Assembly (NCBI RefSeq): GCF_947499065.1 | Contig: NZ_CANMMT010000002.1 | Coordinates: 59,313 to 123,312, forward strand | Origin: an uncultured Tenacibaculum sp. | GTDB lineage: Bacteria > Bacteroidota > Bacteroidia > Flavobacteriales > Flavobacteriaceae | DNA length: 64,000 nucleotides | Reading direction: 5' to 3' | Shown here: positions 19,101-30,340 of the stretch, piece after piece | Layout: the number at the start of each line of letters is the position of its first letter | Position numbering within the stretch: position 1 is the stretch's first letter | Position numbers and translations under genes: made by a program | The notes under the pieces: generated by a model | The model's input: only the letters and a program-made list of their open reading frames with translations | What the model was told of the DNA's origin: nothing | The model's database searches: none

Positions 19101-20240
19101 TTAAAAAACTAAACTTTTAATTTTCTTTTTAATACTTGCTTTTACATCTTTAGGATAGCTTCTATCTCCATGAAAAACATCAGCCATAGCTTCACTAAAA
19201 TATTGTCCGTATTTAGATAATAATAAGTTTCGAATTGTTTTTTGCTCATAAAACCATTTAGCAAGCCATAAACCAGTTTTAATTTCTGGTAATAATGTAT
19301 TCTCTAATTTCTCTTCATATAGCTTACCAGCTAATTCAAAATTTTTATTACTTTCACTAATGGCCTCCGCAGCTAACTTACCACTGTATATAGCATTTGA
19401 AATACCTTCGGCAGTAATTGGATCAGCAAAACCAGCAGCATCACCTATTAAGAATACATTGTTTTTTACAAAACCATCGGTACGAGGAGCTACAGGTATT
19501 TGAAAACCATGCTGAGATTCACTAACGATGTTATTAATTCCTAAAGTTTGTAAATATTCTTTGTAAAACTTTTTTAAATTAATTTTAGTTCTTCTAGCAG
19601 AAGCTACACCTAAGGATAAATGATTCTTCTTTGGAAAACTCCAAGCATATCCAAAGGGAATGGCATCAATATCAAAACGAACTTCTTTCGATAAACGTTC
19701 AAAATCTTCTTCCGAAACTTCTACTTCATATTCTAAAGCAGGAATTAATTTACGTGTATCTTCTTTCCATCCGGCTAACTTAGCTGTTGGGCTTAAAGCA
19801 CCATCGGCTGCAATTACAAAATTTGCTGTTAAATTTCCTTGAGAAGTCTCAAGAGTAATCACATTGTTATCAAAAGACAAGCCTTTTAATTTGTGATTTT
19901 CTAATAAAGTAGCACCAAATTCTTTTGCTTTTTTAGTAATTAAATTATCAAAAGAATCGCGCATTATCATTGAAATAGTTGGCTTTTCTCTATGAGTTTT
20001 AAAATGAAGTTTTTTTCCTAAATAAACATCAACTGTATGAAACTCTTTTTCTACTACTTCAGTAATGTCAAAAGGTAAATCTTTTCTACCTCTATATACA
20101 AAACCACCTCCACAAGTTTTATAGCGAGGTAAAGTCTCTTTTTCAATAATAACTGTTGAAATGCCTTGTTTGGCTAAATGAAATGCTGTTGAAGCTCCAG
20201 ACGGACCGCTACCAATTACTGCAACATCGTAATGATTCAT
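19101..20240 (-). CDS. Geranylgeranyl reductase family flavoprotein
   Basis: GSGPSG, RYKTCGGG, GYAWSFPK, GDAAGFADPITAEGI. Confidence 0.9.
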   Translation of the reverse strand: MNHYDVAVIGSGPSGASTAFHLAKQGISTVIIEKETLPRYKTCGGGFVYRGRKDLPFDITEVVEKEFHTVDVYLGKKLHFKTHREKPTISMIMRDSFDNLITKKAKEFGATLLENHKLKGLSFDNNVITLETSQGNLTANFVIAADGALSPTAKLAGWKEDTRKLIPALEYEVEVSEEDFERLSKEVRFDIDAIPFGYAWSFPKKNHLSLGVASARRTKINLKKFYKEYLQTLGINNIVSESQHGFQIPVAPRTDGFVKNNVFLIGDAAGFADPITAEGISNAIYSGKLAAEAISESNKNFELAGKLYEEKLENTLLPEIKTGLWLAKWFYEQKTIRNLLLSKYGQYFSEAMADVFHGDRSYPKDVKASIKKKIKSLVF

Positions 20241-20303
20241 AGAATTTATATTTGTTTATGGTATTGGTAAAAATACAGTTTTTATTAAACAAAACAATAT
20301 AAA

Positions 20304-21317
20304 TTACCAGTGCAAACGCGTCATAATAGGGTAGTGGTCAGATAGTTTTATATCGCTATAAGTTTTATATTGATTTATAGTTGCCGCTTTATCTGTAAAA
20401 ATAAAATCGATACGCATAGGGTATATGTATCGAAAAGATTTTCCGAGACCAATTCCAGAAGCGATAAAAGCATCTTTTTTGTTTTTTGAGAGTTTATTGT
20501 AAACCCAGGAATAAGCAGTATTATTAAAGTCACCACAAACAATTTTTTTCCCTTTCCAAGAATATTCGTGTTGTAAAATAAGCTCTGTTTGATCTACTTG
20601 TTTTTCAAAACCATTGGCTAAACGCTTAAATAAACGCTCTGAGTTTTTCTCGCCAAAATTTTCTTTTTTAGGGTTTATTTTTAGCGATTCTAAGTGTACA
20701 TTATAAATACGTATGGTGTCTTTTTTCTTAACTACATCAATAAAAATAGTATTATTGGCACTATTTTTAAAGTTTAAAGAACCAGAGTTTACAATAGGGT
20801 ATTTAGAATAAATAGCTAACCCAAACTGATTCGTTCTAGATTTTGTTTTAATGTATTTATATGGAAGTTTAATATCTAGTAATTCAGATTGATAAAACTC
20901 CTGCATTGCTATTACATCAGGGCTCTCATTATTTATAAATTCGTAAATCTGTTGTTCGGTAGTAATATCATCCTCGTGTTTGTAATGATTAAACAGACGT
21001 ACATTGTAACTCATTACTTTTAAATCATTATTTAAGATGATTTCTTTATTAGAAAACTTAATTAATGGAGGAGAGGCAAACCATCCTATTAGCAGTATTA
21101 ATAAGGATAATAAAGCATTTTTATGAAGTTTAAGAAGCCAGTATACAAAAAAGAAAAGATTTAGTATAACTAATAAAGGAACAAATAAACTAAACACTGC
21201 AACAGCAGGGATAGCTTTAGGCGATATAAAAGGAAGAGCATACGAGAATAACAAAACAGCCGCTAATACTGAATTGATAAAAAATAAGAGCTTATTTAAA
21301 ATAGAATATTTCTTCAT
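20304..21317 (-). CDS. Endonuclease/exonuclease/phosphatase family membrane protein
   Basis: N-terminal TM helices, SYNV, QE, GDFN, RIDFIF, SDHYP. Confidence 0.92.
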   Translation of the reverse strand: MKKYSILNKLLFFINSVLAAVLLFSYALPFISPKAIPAVAVFSLFVPLLVILNLFFFVYWLLKLHKNALLSLLILLIGWFASPPLIKFSNKEIILNNDLKVMSYNVRLFNHYKHEDDITTEQQIYEFINNESPDVIAMQEFYQSELLDIKLPYKYIKTKSRTNQFGLAIYSKYPIVNSGSLNFKNSANNTIFIDVVKKKDTIRIYNVHLESLKINPKKENFGEKNSERLFKRLANGFEKQVDQTELILQHEYSWKGKKIVCGDFNNTAYSWVYNKLSKNKKDAFIASGIGLGKSFRYIYPMRIDFIFTDKAATINQYKTYSDIKLSDHYPIMTRLHW

Positions 21318-22184
21318 TTATTTCTTTCCTTGTTTAAATAAAAATTCTTTTTCTTCTTTTGTTAACGTATCATAACCAGATTTACTTATTTTATCAAGGA
21401 TAGTATCTATCTCACGTTGATTATTTGTTTTGTTGCTTGAAAATCTAGAAGTAGAAGTTTTCTTGCCAGATTTATAAACTGTTTTTAAAGGTCTCTCTTT
21501 CTTCTTGAAAATGCTTCTAAAAGATTTAAAAATATCTAACTCTTTATTACTAGCGCTACTTACATATAAAAAACCAAAAATAGCACCACCAATATGGGCT
21601 AAGTGGCCACCAGCATTTCCTGCAGGAATCTGAATAATATCAATGGCAACCCAAATAAAAGCTAATATCCATAGTTTGACAAAACCAATTAAAGGGAACT
21701 TTATTTCATAATTAGGCATGTATGTTGCAATTCCTATAAAAATAGCAGAAATACCTGCTGAAGCACCTAATAATACACTATTGTTTGCTACACTTTGAAG
21801 TCCAGGAAAAAAATTGTAACTACTAATGAAAACAATACCTCCGAAAACTGTACCTAAAAAGTAAAAATTAAGTAATTGTTTAGAAGTGAAATATTGTTTG
21901 AATAAGTTTCCTATAAAAAATAAGGCTATTAAGTTTAAAAGAATATGAAGAAATCTTGTATGTAAAAAACCATAAGTAACAATAGTCCAAGGTTTTGATA
22001 AAAACTCATCAAAATTTGCAGGTAAAGCAAACCATTCTATAAAGAAATTACTATTAGACTTAAATAAAAAACCAAAGGTATTACTTATAAAAACTAGTAA
22101 AAATACAGCTAGATTTACATAAATAAGTTGTTCAACTATACCAGCATTTTTAAATCGATATTTTAGGTTGTCTAATATGTTCAT
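21318..22184 (-). CDS. Rhomboid intramembrane serine protease with C-terminal DUF6576-like tail
   Basis: GASAG, GGHLAHIGG, ILDKISKSGYDTLTKEEKEFL. Confidence 0.92.
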   Translation of the reverse strand: MNILDNLKYRFKNAGIVEQLIYVNLAVFLLVFISNTFGFLFKSNSNFFIEWFALPANFDEFLSKPWTIVTYGFLHTRFLHILLNLIALFFIGNLFKQYFTSKQLLNFYFLGTVFGGIVFISSYNFFPGLQSVANNSVLLGASAGISAIFIGIATYMPNYEIKFPLIGFVKLWILAFIWVAIDIIQIPAGNAGGHLAHIGGAIFGFLYVSSASNKELDIFKSFRSIFKKKERPLKTVYKSGKKTSTSRFSSNKTNNQREIDTILDKISKSGYDTLTKEEKEFLFKQGKK

Positions 22185-22228
22185 TGCTTATATACTCTTT
22201 TTCTTAATTGAAATTCAATATACTAAAT

Positions 22229-22954
22229 TTAACGAATTTTAAATTGATTTTTTTTCCAATACCAAGCAATTAAAAAACCAATGATAGCACCTCCTACATG
22301 CGCAAAATGAGCAACATTTCCTATAGAGTATTTTGTAACTCCAAAGAATAAATCACCTAAAATCATTACTGGAATAAAGTACTTAGCAGCTATAGGAATA
22401 GGTAAAAATATAAGTGCTAATTTAGCATTAGGAAAAGCTAAGCCAAAAGCAACTAAAACACCGTAAACAGCTCCAGAAGCACCAACAGCAGGTGTATGGT
22501 ATAGACTATAAAACTCACTCATAGTTTTATTAGAAAGTGTTATTAAAGTGTCGTTATATCTACCATCTGCTAAAATGCTTTGTATTTCAGAAGGAGAAAT
22601 ACCCATAGAAATCAATTGTTCATATATTCCATTAAATTGATAATAGTTAGCTATGGTATATATAATTCCTGCTCCGATACCAGCAGAGAAATAGAAAAAT
22701 AAAAACTTATTTCTACCCCACATTTGTTCTAAAGGAGTACCAAAAGCCCATAAACCATACATGTTAAATAATAAATGCATTGGACTACCATGCATAAACA
22801 TATGAGTTACGTATTGCCAAATACCAAAATGCTCATTTTTAGGATAATGTAGTGCAAGTATGTTTGTTAAATCTAGGTTTAACAATTGTGGAGCAAAATA
22901 CATAATCACGTTTATGATTATTAAATGTTTTATTGCTTCTGTTAATCTTCCCAT
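22229..22954 (-). CDS. Rhomboid intramembrane serine protease
   Basis: HMFMH, HLLFNM, GASGA, AHFAHVGG. Confidence 0.93.
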   Translation of the reverse strand: MGRLTEAIKHLIIINVIMYFAPQLLNLDLTNILALHYPKNEHFGIWQYVTHMFMHGSPMHLLFNMYGLWAFGTPLEQMWGRNKFLFFYFSAGIGAGIIYTIANYYQFNGIYEQLISMGISPSEIQSILADGRYNDTLITLSNKTMSEFYSLYHTPAVGASGAVYGVLVAFGLAFPNAKLALIFLPIPIAAKYFIPVMILGDLFFGVTKYSIGNVAHFAHVGGAIIGFLIAWYWKKNQFKIR

Positions 22955-22960
22955 AGTTTA

Positions 22961-24829
22961 TTATTTATTAAAAATGGTGTCAATTTCGTTTAAAGTCAAT
23001 GTCTTAAATGTAGGCTTACCTAAAGGAGAGGTATTAGGTTCTTTACATGAAAACAAATCGTTTACTAAATTTTCTTGTTCTTTAACTGATAAAATGGTTC
23101 CTGTTTTAATAGCCAATGATTTTGCAAAAGATTTAGCCATAACGTCAAAATGACTAAAACTAGTATCTGGAACTTCTAATTTTATATCATCCAATAATTG
23201 TTCTAAAATTAAGGTAATCTGACTTTCTGTTATAGAAGTTGGTATTCCCGCAATAACTACGCTATCTTTTGTAAATTCATCAAACATAAAACCAGCACTT
23301 TCTAAATCTGATTTTATAGACTGTAGCATTTCAATATCCGATGTAGAAAAAGAAATACTTACAGGGAATAATAATTGCTGACTACTTGCTTCTTTTACCG
23401 TAATGTTTTCTAAGAACTCTTCATATAAAACACGTTGGTGTGCTAAAGATTGATTGATTAAAACTACTCCCGATTTAATAGAACTCAACAAATATTTTCT
23501 TTGAATTTGAAAAGTTTTTCCAGTTTCAGTTTCTTGTTGTGTTTCAAAAAGTTGTTCTTGACTTGCAGAAGTTATTGGTGTTGTATCTGTATATAAAGCT
23601 TCCCAGCTACCAGTGTCTTTTTTGAAGTTAGATTGATAACTCATAGAACCACTTCCATTAGAAGAGTTGCTAGAAACACTTGGAGTAGGAGTAGATTGAT
23701 AACTTGTTTCTGTTTTAAACGGATTAAAAGTTGGGTCTACTGTAATTGGTGGTATAGATGCAGGAGAAGTACTTTTTTTACTATAATCATATGGAGTGTC
23801 TAAAGTAGCATCTCTGTCAAAATCCAATACAGGGCTCACATTATATTGTCCTAAACTATGTTTAACTGTAGCTCGTAAAATTGCATATAAAGCTTTTTCG
23901 TTGTCAAACTTAATTTCTGTTTTTGTTGGATGAATATTAATATCAATACTGTTAGAAGGTACTTCTAAATATAAGAAATATGAAGGATGTGATCCGTGTT
24001 CTAGTAAACCTTCAAAAGCGTTTACTACAGCGTGATTTAAATAAGAACTTTTAATAAAACGATTGTTTACAAAAAAGAATTGTTCACCTCTTTTTTTCTT
24101 TGCAAATTCAGGTTTAGCAACAAAACCTCTAATGGTAATAATGTCAGTTTGCTCAGAAATAGGAACTAACTTTTCATTCATTTTATTTCCAAAAATAGCT
24201 ACAATTCTCTTACGTAAGTTGCTCTTTTTTAAATGATATATTTCATTGTTGTTATGATGCAATAAAAATGAAATATCAGGATGTGCTAAGGCTACCCTTT
24301 GAAATTCATCAACGATATGACGAGTTTCAATAGCATCAGATTTTAAAAAGTTTCTACGTGCTGGAATATTGTAAAATAAATTTTTAACAGCTAAACTCGT
24401 TCCTTTTGAAGTAGAAACAGCATCTTGAGAAGTTATTTTACTTCCCTCAATTTTTATTTGTGTTCCTAATTCTTCATCTTCTTGTTTGGTTTTTAACTCT
24501 ACATGAGCAATGGCAGCAATAGAAGCTAATGCCTCACCACGAAACCCTTTTGTATTTAAATTAAATAAATCTTGTGCATCTTTAATTTTAGAAGTAGCAT
24601 GACGTTCAAAGCTTAAACGAGCATCAGTAGCGCTCATACCTTTTCCATTGTCAATAACTTGAATTAAAGTTTTTCCAGCATCTTTTAATAATAATTTAAT
24701 AGAAGTTGCACCAGCATCGATAGAGTTTTCTATCAATTCTTTTACTACAGAAGCTGGGCGTTGTACTACTTCACCTGCAGCAATTTGATTTGCAACATGA
24801 TCGGGAAGTAATTGAATAATATCTGACAT
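22961..24829 (-). CDS. mutL: DNA mismatch repair protein MutL
   Basis: QIAAGEVVQRP, ENSIDAG, GFRGEALASI, NIHPTK, C-terminal dimerisation domain. Confidence 0.98.
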   Translation of the reverse strand: MSDIIQLLPDHVANQIAAGEVVQRPASVVKELIENSIDAGATSIKLLLKDAGKTLIQVIDNGKGMSATDARLSFERHATSKIKDAQDLFNLNTKGFRGEALASIAAIAHVELKTKQEDEELGTQIKIEGSKITSQDAVSTSKGTSLAVKNLFYNIPARRNFLKSDAIETRHIVDEFQRVALAHPDISFLLHHNNNEIYHLKKSNLRKRIVAIFGNKMNEKLVPISEQTDIITIRGFVAKPEFAKKKRGEQFFFVNNRFIKSSYLNHAVVNAFEGLLEHGSHPSYFLYLEVPSNSIDINIHPTKTEIKFDNEKALYAILRATVKHSLGQYNVSPVLDFDRDATLDTPYDYSKKSTSPASIPPITVDPTFNPFKTETSYQSTPTPSVSSNSSNGSGSMSYQSNFKKDTGSWEALYTDTTPITSASQEQLFETQQETETGKTFQIQRKYLLSSIKSGVVLINQSLAHQRVLYEEFLENITVKEASSQQLLFPVSISFSTSDIEMLQSIKSDLESAGFMFDEFTKDSVVIAGIPTSITESQITLILEQLLDDIKLEVPDTSFSHFDVMAKSFAKSLAIKTGTILSVKEQENLVNDLFSCKEPNTSPLGKPTFKTLTLNEIDTIFNK

Positions 24830-25113
24830 TAGTTGTTTTTTGATAAAAAGATTGAAAGATCAAAATCGATGATAAATAAAAATATCAATACTAAAATAAT
24901 GATAATGATTACTATTGTTTTGTTAAAACCTCCATATTCAGAGCTCTTAAATTCTTCTAAAGCCTGATTGAATTTCTTTTTTAAGCCTTTTTTCTTACCA
25001 ACGGTAGAGCGAAATTCATCAAATTTATGTTTTACTTCATATGGATTTCCATCGCCTTTATAATAGCGAGGCTTGTATTCGAATTTTTTATTTTCTTTTT
25101 TAATAAATCCCAT
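24829..25113 (-). CDS. Conserved small membrane protein upstream of mutL, hypothetical
   Basis: FEYKPRYY motif and a C-terminal TM helix; ATG at 25113 preferred because a TAACTTTG -7 element lies at 25174-25181. Confidence 0.75.
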   Translation of the reverse strand: MGFIKKENKKFEYKPRYYKGDGNPYEVKHKFDEFRSTVGKKKGLKKKFNQALEEFKSSEYGGFNKTIVIIIIILVLIFLFIIDFDLSIFLSKNN

Positions 25114-25226
25114 AAATAATGCTTCTTTAGAATATCTAGTGTAGCAAAAACCACACCAAATTAAGACGAAAATCAAAGTTACTGAATTAAAGAGAGGTGG
25201 TCAAAATTTATAGATAAATTAAAGTT

Positions 25227-25263
25227 AAAAAGAGCCAATACTTTTACTGTATTGGCTCTTTTT
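25227..25263 (-). terminator. Terminator after ribH
   Basis: aaaaagagccaatac-ttttact-gtattggctcttttt. Confidence 0.85.
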
Positions 25264-25291
25264 TGTATTGTAAGTTTTAAAAGAAAGTGTT

Positions 25292-25798
25292 TTAAAAACC
25301 TAAAGTATTTTGTTTTCTATCTAAGTTTTTAATAGCTGCCATTTTAACAGCTGCTACAGCACATTCAATACCTTTGTTTCCTAGTTTTCCTCCAGAACGG
25401 TCTATAGATTGTTGCTTAGTATTGTCTGTTAAAACACAGAAAATTACAGGAACATCATATTTAATGTTTAAATCTACAATTCCTTGCGTAACACCATCAC
25501 AAACAAAATCGAAATGTTTAGTTTCTCCTTGAATCACATTTCCAATAGCAATAATAGCATCGACTTTTTGAGTTTCAATCATTTTTTTACATCCGTAAAC
25601 TAATTCGAAACTACCTGGTACATCCCAAGAAACAATATTTTCTTTGTCAGCTCCACAGTCTATTAAAGTTTCTATTGCACCTTTGTGCATGTTTCCTGTT
25701 ATTTCAGGATTCCATTCTGAAACAACAATCCCAAATCGAAAAGATTTCGCATTTGGGATTGAAGCTTTATCGTAATAAGATAAATTTGTTGTTGCCAT
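25292..25798 (-). CDS. ribH: 6,7-dimethyl-8-ribityllumazine synthase
   Basis: VSEWN, VPGSFEL, VIQGETKHFD, GKLGNKG. Confidence 0.97.
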   Translation of the reverse strand: MATTNLSYYDKASIPNAKSFRFGIVVSEWNPEITGNMHKGAIETLIDCGADKENIVSWDVPGSFELVYGCKKMIETQKVDAIIAIGNVIQGETKHFDFVCDGVTQGIVDLNIKYDVPVIFCVLTDNTKQQSIDRSGGKLGNKGIECAVAAVKMAAIKNLDRKQNTLGF

Positions 25799-26583
25799 TA
25801 TTGAGCGTATTTTGCGCTATTAATATATTTTTCAATATCTCTACCTTGGTCAGAGTTAGCGTATTTTTCTTTAATGGTTGTATATAATTTTTCAGCTTTA
25901 CTATACTCTTTTAATTCCATTGCAATTTGTGCTGCTTTAAATAAGAATAAAGGAGATGTAAATTGGTTGTCTTTTTTATTAGCTGCTTTTTCGTAGTATT
26001 CTAAAGCATCTTTAGGTTGGTTAATATCTGCAAAAGCATCACCAATAGCTCCTAAAGCAGTTGGTCCTAATAATTCGTCATCAGAACTAAAGTCACTTAA
26101 ATACTCAATTGCTTTATCATATTTCTTCATTTTTAAATAAGAAATACCTGCATAGTAATTTGCTAAGTTTCCAGCTTTAGTACCGCTATACATAGAAGCA
26201 ATATCAGTAAATCCGTATTTACCATCAACTCCTCCAACTAAAGATAAGTTGTATAAAGAATCAGCTTTAATACCAGCTGAAGTGCTTGCTTTTTCAAATA
26301 AAGCTCTTGGATAAGCTAAGTTATTAGAAGCATCTCTTTCAGTAGGTTCAGCTATAAATTTATTATAACCTAAATAAATTAAGATTAAAGCTGCAACAGT
26401 TACCAATCCGTAAAATAATGGTTTGCTATTTTTTTCAATCCATTGTTCTGATTTGTTCGCAGTTTCGTCTAAAGTGTTAAATACTTCTGCTGTAGTACTT
26501 TGCGATTCATCAAAATTTTCTTCTACTTCTTGTACAACCTTTTCTTTCTTAGGTTTATAACCTCTTTTCTTGTATGTAGCCAT
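25798..26583 (-). CDS. Membrane-anchored tetratricopeptide-repeat protein (YfgM-like)
   Basis: Single TM helix followed by TPR helices (NLANYYAGISYLKMKKYDKAIEYL). Confidence 0.88.
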   Translation of the reverse strand: MATYKKRGYKPKKEKVVQEVEENFDESQSTTAEVFNTLDETANKSEQWIEKNSKPLFYGLVTVAALILIYLGYNKFIAEPTERDASNNLAYPRALFEKASTSAGIKADSLYNLSLVGGVDGKYGFTDIASMYSGTKAGNLANYYAGISYLKMKKYDKAIEYLSDFSSDDELLGPTALGAIGDAFADINQPKDALEYYEKAANKKDNQFTSPLFLFKAAQIAMELKEYSKAEKLYTTIKEKYANSDQGRDIEKYINSAKYAQ

Positions 26584-26699
26584 AATTGCTTAAAAATTAG
26601 TGGCGACAAAAATAGTTTTTTTAATTGAATTTTAAAAGCCGATTTTTCGTAAAATTTTCAATAATTTGCGCTTTCTTTTCCGATAATAACAATCATTAC

Positions 26700-27779
26700 A
26701 TGTATTTGCAAAAAATATCTTTAGTAAATTTTAAGAATATTGAAACTCAAACTTTTGATTTTCAAAAGAAAATAAATTGTTTTGTAGGTAATAATGGTAT
26801 TGGAAAAACCAATGTTTTAGATGCAATTTACTATCTCTCATTTGCAAAAAGCTACTTCAATTCTATCGCTGGCCAGAATATTAGACATGGTCAAGACTTT
26901 TTTATGATTGAAGGAGATTATATGCTGAATGATAGAAATGAAAAAATTATTTGCTCTTTAAAAAGAGGGCAAAAAAAAGTATTAAAACGTAACGGAAAAG
27001 CATACGATAAGTTTTCTGAACATATTGGTCAATTACCTTTGGTTATTATTTCTCCGGCTGATAGAGATTTAATTGTTGAAGGTAGTGATACACGTAGAAA
27101 ATTTATAGATGGGGTAATTTCTCAGCAAGACAAAAAATATTTACAAACTTTAATTTCGTATAACAAAACTATAAGTCAGCGAAATGCTTTACTAAAGTAT
27201 TTTGCAGCAAATAGAACTTTCGATGCTTTAAATTTAAAGGTATATGATGAGCAATTAGTTGAGTATGGTAGCGTTATATATTCTAAGAGAAAAGCTTTTT
27301 TAGAAGAATTTGTTCCTATTTTTAATGAAAAACATAAAGTTATTTCTGGAGCTAAAGAAGAAGTGAATTTACGTTACAAAAGCCAGTTGCATGATGTAAG
27401 TTTGTCTGATTTGCTTGTTCAGAGTTTAGAGAAAGATAGAATGTTACAGTATACTTCAACGGGAATTCATAAAGACGATTTAAATTTTGAGATAGGAGAT
27501 CATCCAATTAAAAAATTTGGTTCTCAAGGACAGCAGAAATCATATTTAATAGCGTTAAAATTAGCACAATTTGAATTTATCAAAAAGCAGTCTAATGTTA
27601 CACCAATTTTATTATTAGATGATATTTTCGATAAGTTAGATGAAAATAGGGTAGCGCATATTGTAGGATTGGTAAATAATGATGAATTTGGACAAATATT
27701 TATTACCGATACGCATTTTGAACGTACAGAAAATGTAATTAAACAAAGTAATCAAGAATATCAGATTTTTAAATTATAA
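26700..27779 (+). CDS. recF: DNA replication/repair protein RecF
   Basis: [28 protein letters not shown]; ATG at 26700 gives 359 aa. Confidence 0.96.
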   Translation: MYLQKISLVNFKNIETQTFDFQKKINCFVGNNGIGKTNVLDAIYYLSFAKSYFNSIAGQNIRHGQDFFMIEGDYMLNDRNEKIICSLKRGQKKVLKRNGKAYDKFSEHIGQLPLVIISPADRDLIVEGSDTRRKFIDGVISQQDKKYLQTLISYNKTISQRNALLKYFAANRTFDALNLKVYDEQLVEYGSVIYSKRKAFLEEFVPIFNEKHKVISGAKEEVNLRYKSQLHDVSLSDLLVQSLEKDRMLQYTSTGIHKDDLNFEIGDHPIKKFGSQGQQKSYLIALKLAQFEFIKKQSNVTPILLLDDIFDKLDENRVAHIVGLVNNDEFGQIFITDTHFERTENVIKQSNQEYQIFKL

Positions 27780-27847
27780 TAAGAAAGTTAAGCAAATAAC
27801 TTTTATATTAATATTTAATCTAAAATACAAAATAACAGAAGGGTAAA

Positions 27848-28144
27848 ATGACAAAGAGAGAGAGCGATAGCTTTTCAATAAAAGATTTATTAGGTACTTA
27901 CATTAAAGATAGCAAGTTGAACAAAGGATTTCAAAAAATTCATATTGAAGAAGCTTGGGAAAAATTAATGGGAGCTGGTGTTGCTTCTTATACAACTGAA
28001 GTTAAATTGCAAAATGGAACCTTGGTTGTTTGTTTATCATCTTCTGTATTGCGAGAAGAGTTAAGTTACGGAAAGGAGAAAATTGTACGTATGATTAATG
28101 AAGAAATGGGAGAAGACTTAGTAAAGAAATTAATGTTGGTTTAA
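27848..28144 (+). CDS. DUF721/DciA family protein
   Basis: W..LMG..VASYT..V.L..GTL.V.LSSSVLREEL; typical position after recF. Confidence 0.88.
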   Translation: MTKRESDSFSIKDLLGTYIKDSKLNKGFQKIHIEEAWEKLMGAGVASYTTEVKLQNGTLVVCLSSSVLREELSYGKEKIVRMINEEMGEDLVKKLMLV

Positions 28145-28202
28145 TAAGAAAGTAGCTTTTTATTTTCGATAATGTAGATATTATAACTAAAGTATTATAA
28201 AT

Positions 28203-28236
28203 AAAAAACTCGTTACAGTTACGTAACGAGTTTTTT
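28203..28236. terminator. Bidirectional terminator between DUF721 and ndk
   Basis: aaaaaactcgttac/gtaacgagtttttt. Confidence 0.85.
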
Positions 28237-28257
28237 AATATATCTAAAAGAAGTTTC

Positions 28258-28677
28258 TTAGAACATTTCTCTACCAGAAAAATGGAAAGCACCTTCTATA
28301 GCTGCATTTTCATCAGAATCAGAACCGTGTACTGCATTCTCTCCAATAGAAGTAGCAAACATTTTACGGATAGTTCCTTCAGCTGCTTCAGCAGGGTTAG
28401 TAGCTCCAATTAAAGTTCTGAAGTCTTCAACTGCGTTATCTTTTTCTAAGATAGCAGAAATGATTGGACCACGAGTCATGAACTCAACTAATTCACCAAA
28501 GAATGGACGCTCGCTGTGAATAGCATAAAAAGTTTCAGCATCACGCTTAGTCATTTGAGTTTTCTTCATTGCTACGATTCTAAAACCTGCAGCGTTAATT
28601 TTTTCTAAAATTGCACCAGTATGTCCGTTTTCAACAGCATCTGGTTTAATCATTGTAAAAGTTCTATTTGTTGCCAT
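28258..28677 (-). CDS. ndk: Nucleoside diphosphate kinase
   Basis: [23 protein letters not shown]. Confidence 0.98.
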   Translation of the reverse strand: MATNRTFTMIKPDAVENGHTGAILEKINAAGFRIVAMKKTQMTKRDAETFYAIHSERPFFGELVEFMTRGPIISAILEKDNAVEDFRTLIGATNPAEAAEGTIRKMFATSIGENAVHGSDSDENAAIEGAFHFSGREMF

Positions 28678-28785
28678 TATTATAAGTTTCTATAAATAAA
28701 GTAAATAAAATTTGTAAGTGCGAGCTTCGCACAAATCGCCGCGAAATTACATAAATTTTTTAATTTAATTGTATCTTCGCCACTT

Positions 28786-29814
28786 ATGATTTTAAAACAC
28801 TTTAAAGAACTACAGGAATTTTTATCAGAACCTAAAAATATTGTAATTATAGGTCACAGAAATCCAGATGGAGATGCCGTTGGATCTACTTTAGGATTGA
28901 AACATTATTTTGATAAAAAAGGACATACCACTCAAGTATTAATGCCAAATGAGTATCCAGATTTTTTACACTGGATTCCTGGTTCGGAAACAGTAAAACG
29001 TTTTGATCGTCAAAATACTCAAAGTGTAAAAGCTCTAGGGAAATCTGAAATCATATTTTTATTAGATTTTAATGCATTGCATAGAGTGGGTGATGATATG
29101 AAGAATACTTTAGAGAAGTATGAAAATAATTTTGCATTAATAGATCATCATCAACAACCAGATGATTTTGAATATATGTATTCAGACACAACAATGTCTT
29201 CAACTTGTCAAATGGTCTACAATTTTATTGAGATGATGGGAGATGTTGATATGATTGATAAGAATATTGCAACTTGTTTGTATACTGGAATAATGACAGA
29301 TACTGGTTCTTTCAGATTTAGATCGACTACTAGCACTACACATCGTATTATTGCCGATTTGATTGATAAAGGAGCAGAAAACGATAAAATTCATAGTAAT
29401 GTTCATGATGCAAATTCTTACAATAGGTTATTATTGTTAGGTCAGGCATTGAGCAATATGAAAGTATTACCAGAATACAAAACAGCTTATATAACTTTAT
29501 CAGAAGAAGAAAAAAAGCGTTTTAGTTATGAAAAAGGTGATACAGAAGGAGTTGTAAATTATGCTTTATCTTTGAAGGGAATTGTGTTTGCAGCAATTTT
29601 TATTGAAGATAAAGAACAAGGAATAATTAAAATGTCACTTCGAAGCAAAGGTAAATTCTCTGTAAATCAATTTGCTAGAAATTACTTTAATGGAGGAGGA
29701 CATGATAATGCAGCAGGAGGTAAAAGTTTAGAATCTATGGAAAGTACTATTTCTAAGTTTACAGCGTTGTTACCTAAATATAAAAATGAATTAGAGATGT
29801 CTTATGAAATTTAA
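28786..29814 (+). CDS. nrnA: DHH/DHHA1 oligoribonuclease / PAP phosphatase
   Basis: HRNPDGDAVGS, LDFN, IDHH, TDTGSF, GGGHDNAAGG. Confidence 0.9.
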   Translation: MILKHFKELQEFLSEPKNIVIIGHRNPDGDAVGSTLGLKHYFDKKGHTTQVLMPNEYPDFLHWIPGSETVKRFDRQNTQSVKALGKSEIIFLLDFNALHRVGDDMKNTLEKYENNFALIDHHQQPDDFEYMYSDTTMSSTCQMVYNFIEMMGDVDMIDKNIATCLYTGIMTDTGSFRFRSTTSTTHRIIADLIDKGAENDKIHSNVHDANSYNRLLLLGQALSNMKVLPEYKTAYITLSEEEKKRFSYEKGDTEGVVNYALSLKGIVFAAIFIEDKEQGIIKMSLRSKGKFSVNQFARNYFNGGGHDNAAGGKSLESMESTISKFTALLPKYKNELEMSYEI

Positions 29815-30337
29815 AGCTATTTTTTTTCTTTTAGTAATTGTAGTTATGGTTTCTTGTAAACAAACAGAAGCAAGAAGACCAAAAAAACAAAGGACAGAAA
29901 ATTTTTATAAAGAAGTTCTAGAAAAGAATAAAAAGTTAAATGCTTTAGAAAAAAAATATCTAGAAAACTGGATTTCAAAAGATACTATTACAAAATATGA
30001 AACCTCACCTTTAGGTTTTTGGTATACTTATAAGAATAAAGATTCAGTTAATTCTGTTACACCAGTTTTAGAAGATTTAGTTCTTATATCCTATGATGTT
30101 ACCGATTTAAACGGTAATACGATATATGAAAAGCAAGAAAAAAGTTATAAAGTAGATAAAGAAGATTTTATTCCAGCATTACAAGAAGGAATAAAGTTGA
30201 TGAAGAAAGGAGAAACTATTACATTTGTGATTCCATCTTATAGTGCTTTTGGAGTTACAGGTGATGGAAATAAGATTGCGGTGAATCAGCCAATCATAAG
30301 CACAGTAACGTTAATCGAAATAAAATCAAATAAATAA
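29804..30337 (+). CDS. gldI: Gliding-motility FKBP-like lipoprotein GldI
   Basis: SCKQTEARRP N-terminus, GFWYTY, YKVDKED..ALQEGIKLMKKGE; follows the DHH gene as in other Flavobacteriaceae. Confidence 0.88.
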   Translation: MKFKAIFFLLVIVVMVSCKQTEARRPKKQRTENFYKEVLEKNKKLNALEKKYLENWISKDTITKYETSPLGFWYTYKNKDSVNSVTPVLEDLVLISYDVTDLNGNTIYEKQEKSYKVDKEDFIPALQEGIKLMKKGETITFVIPSYSAFGVTGDGNKIAVNQPIISTVTLIEIKSNK

Positions 30338-30340
30338 AAA

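Noticed and set aside
24829-25176. Riboflavin synthase subunit label suggested by proximity to ribH, and the longer 115-aa start
   Set aside because: No lumazine-synthase or riboflavin-synthase motifs; the longer start overlaps a -7 promoter element
26625-26699. N-terminal extensions in the ORF track (recF, also 15125, 37062, 38625, 48259)
   Set aside because: Extensions run through promoter or terminator DNA; the downstream ATGs give family-typical N-termini
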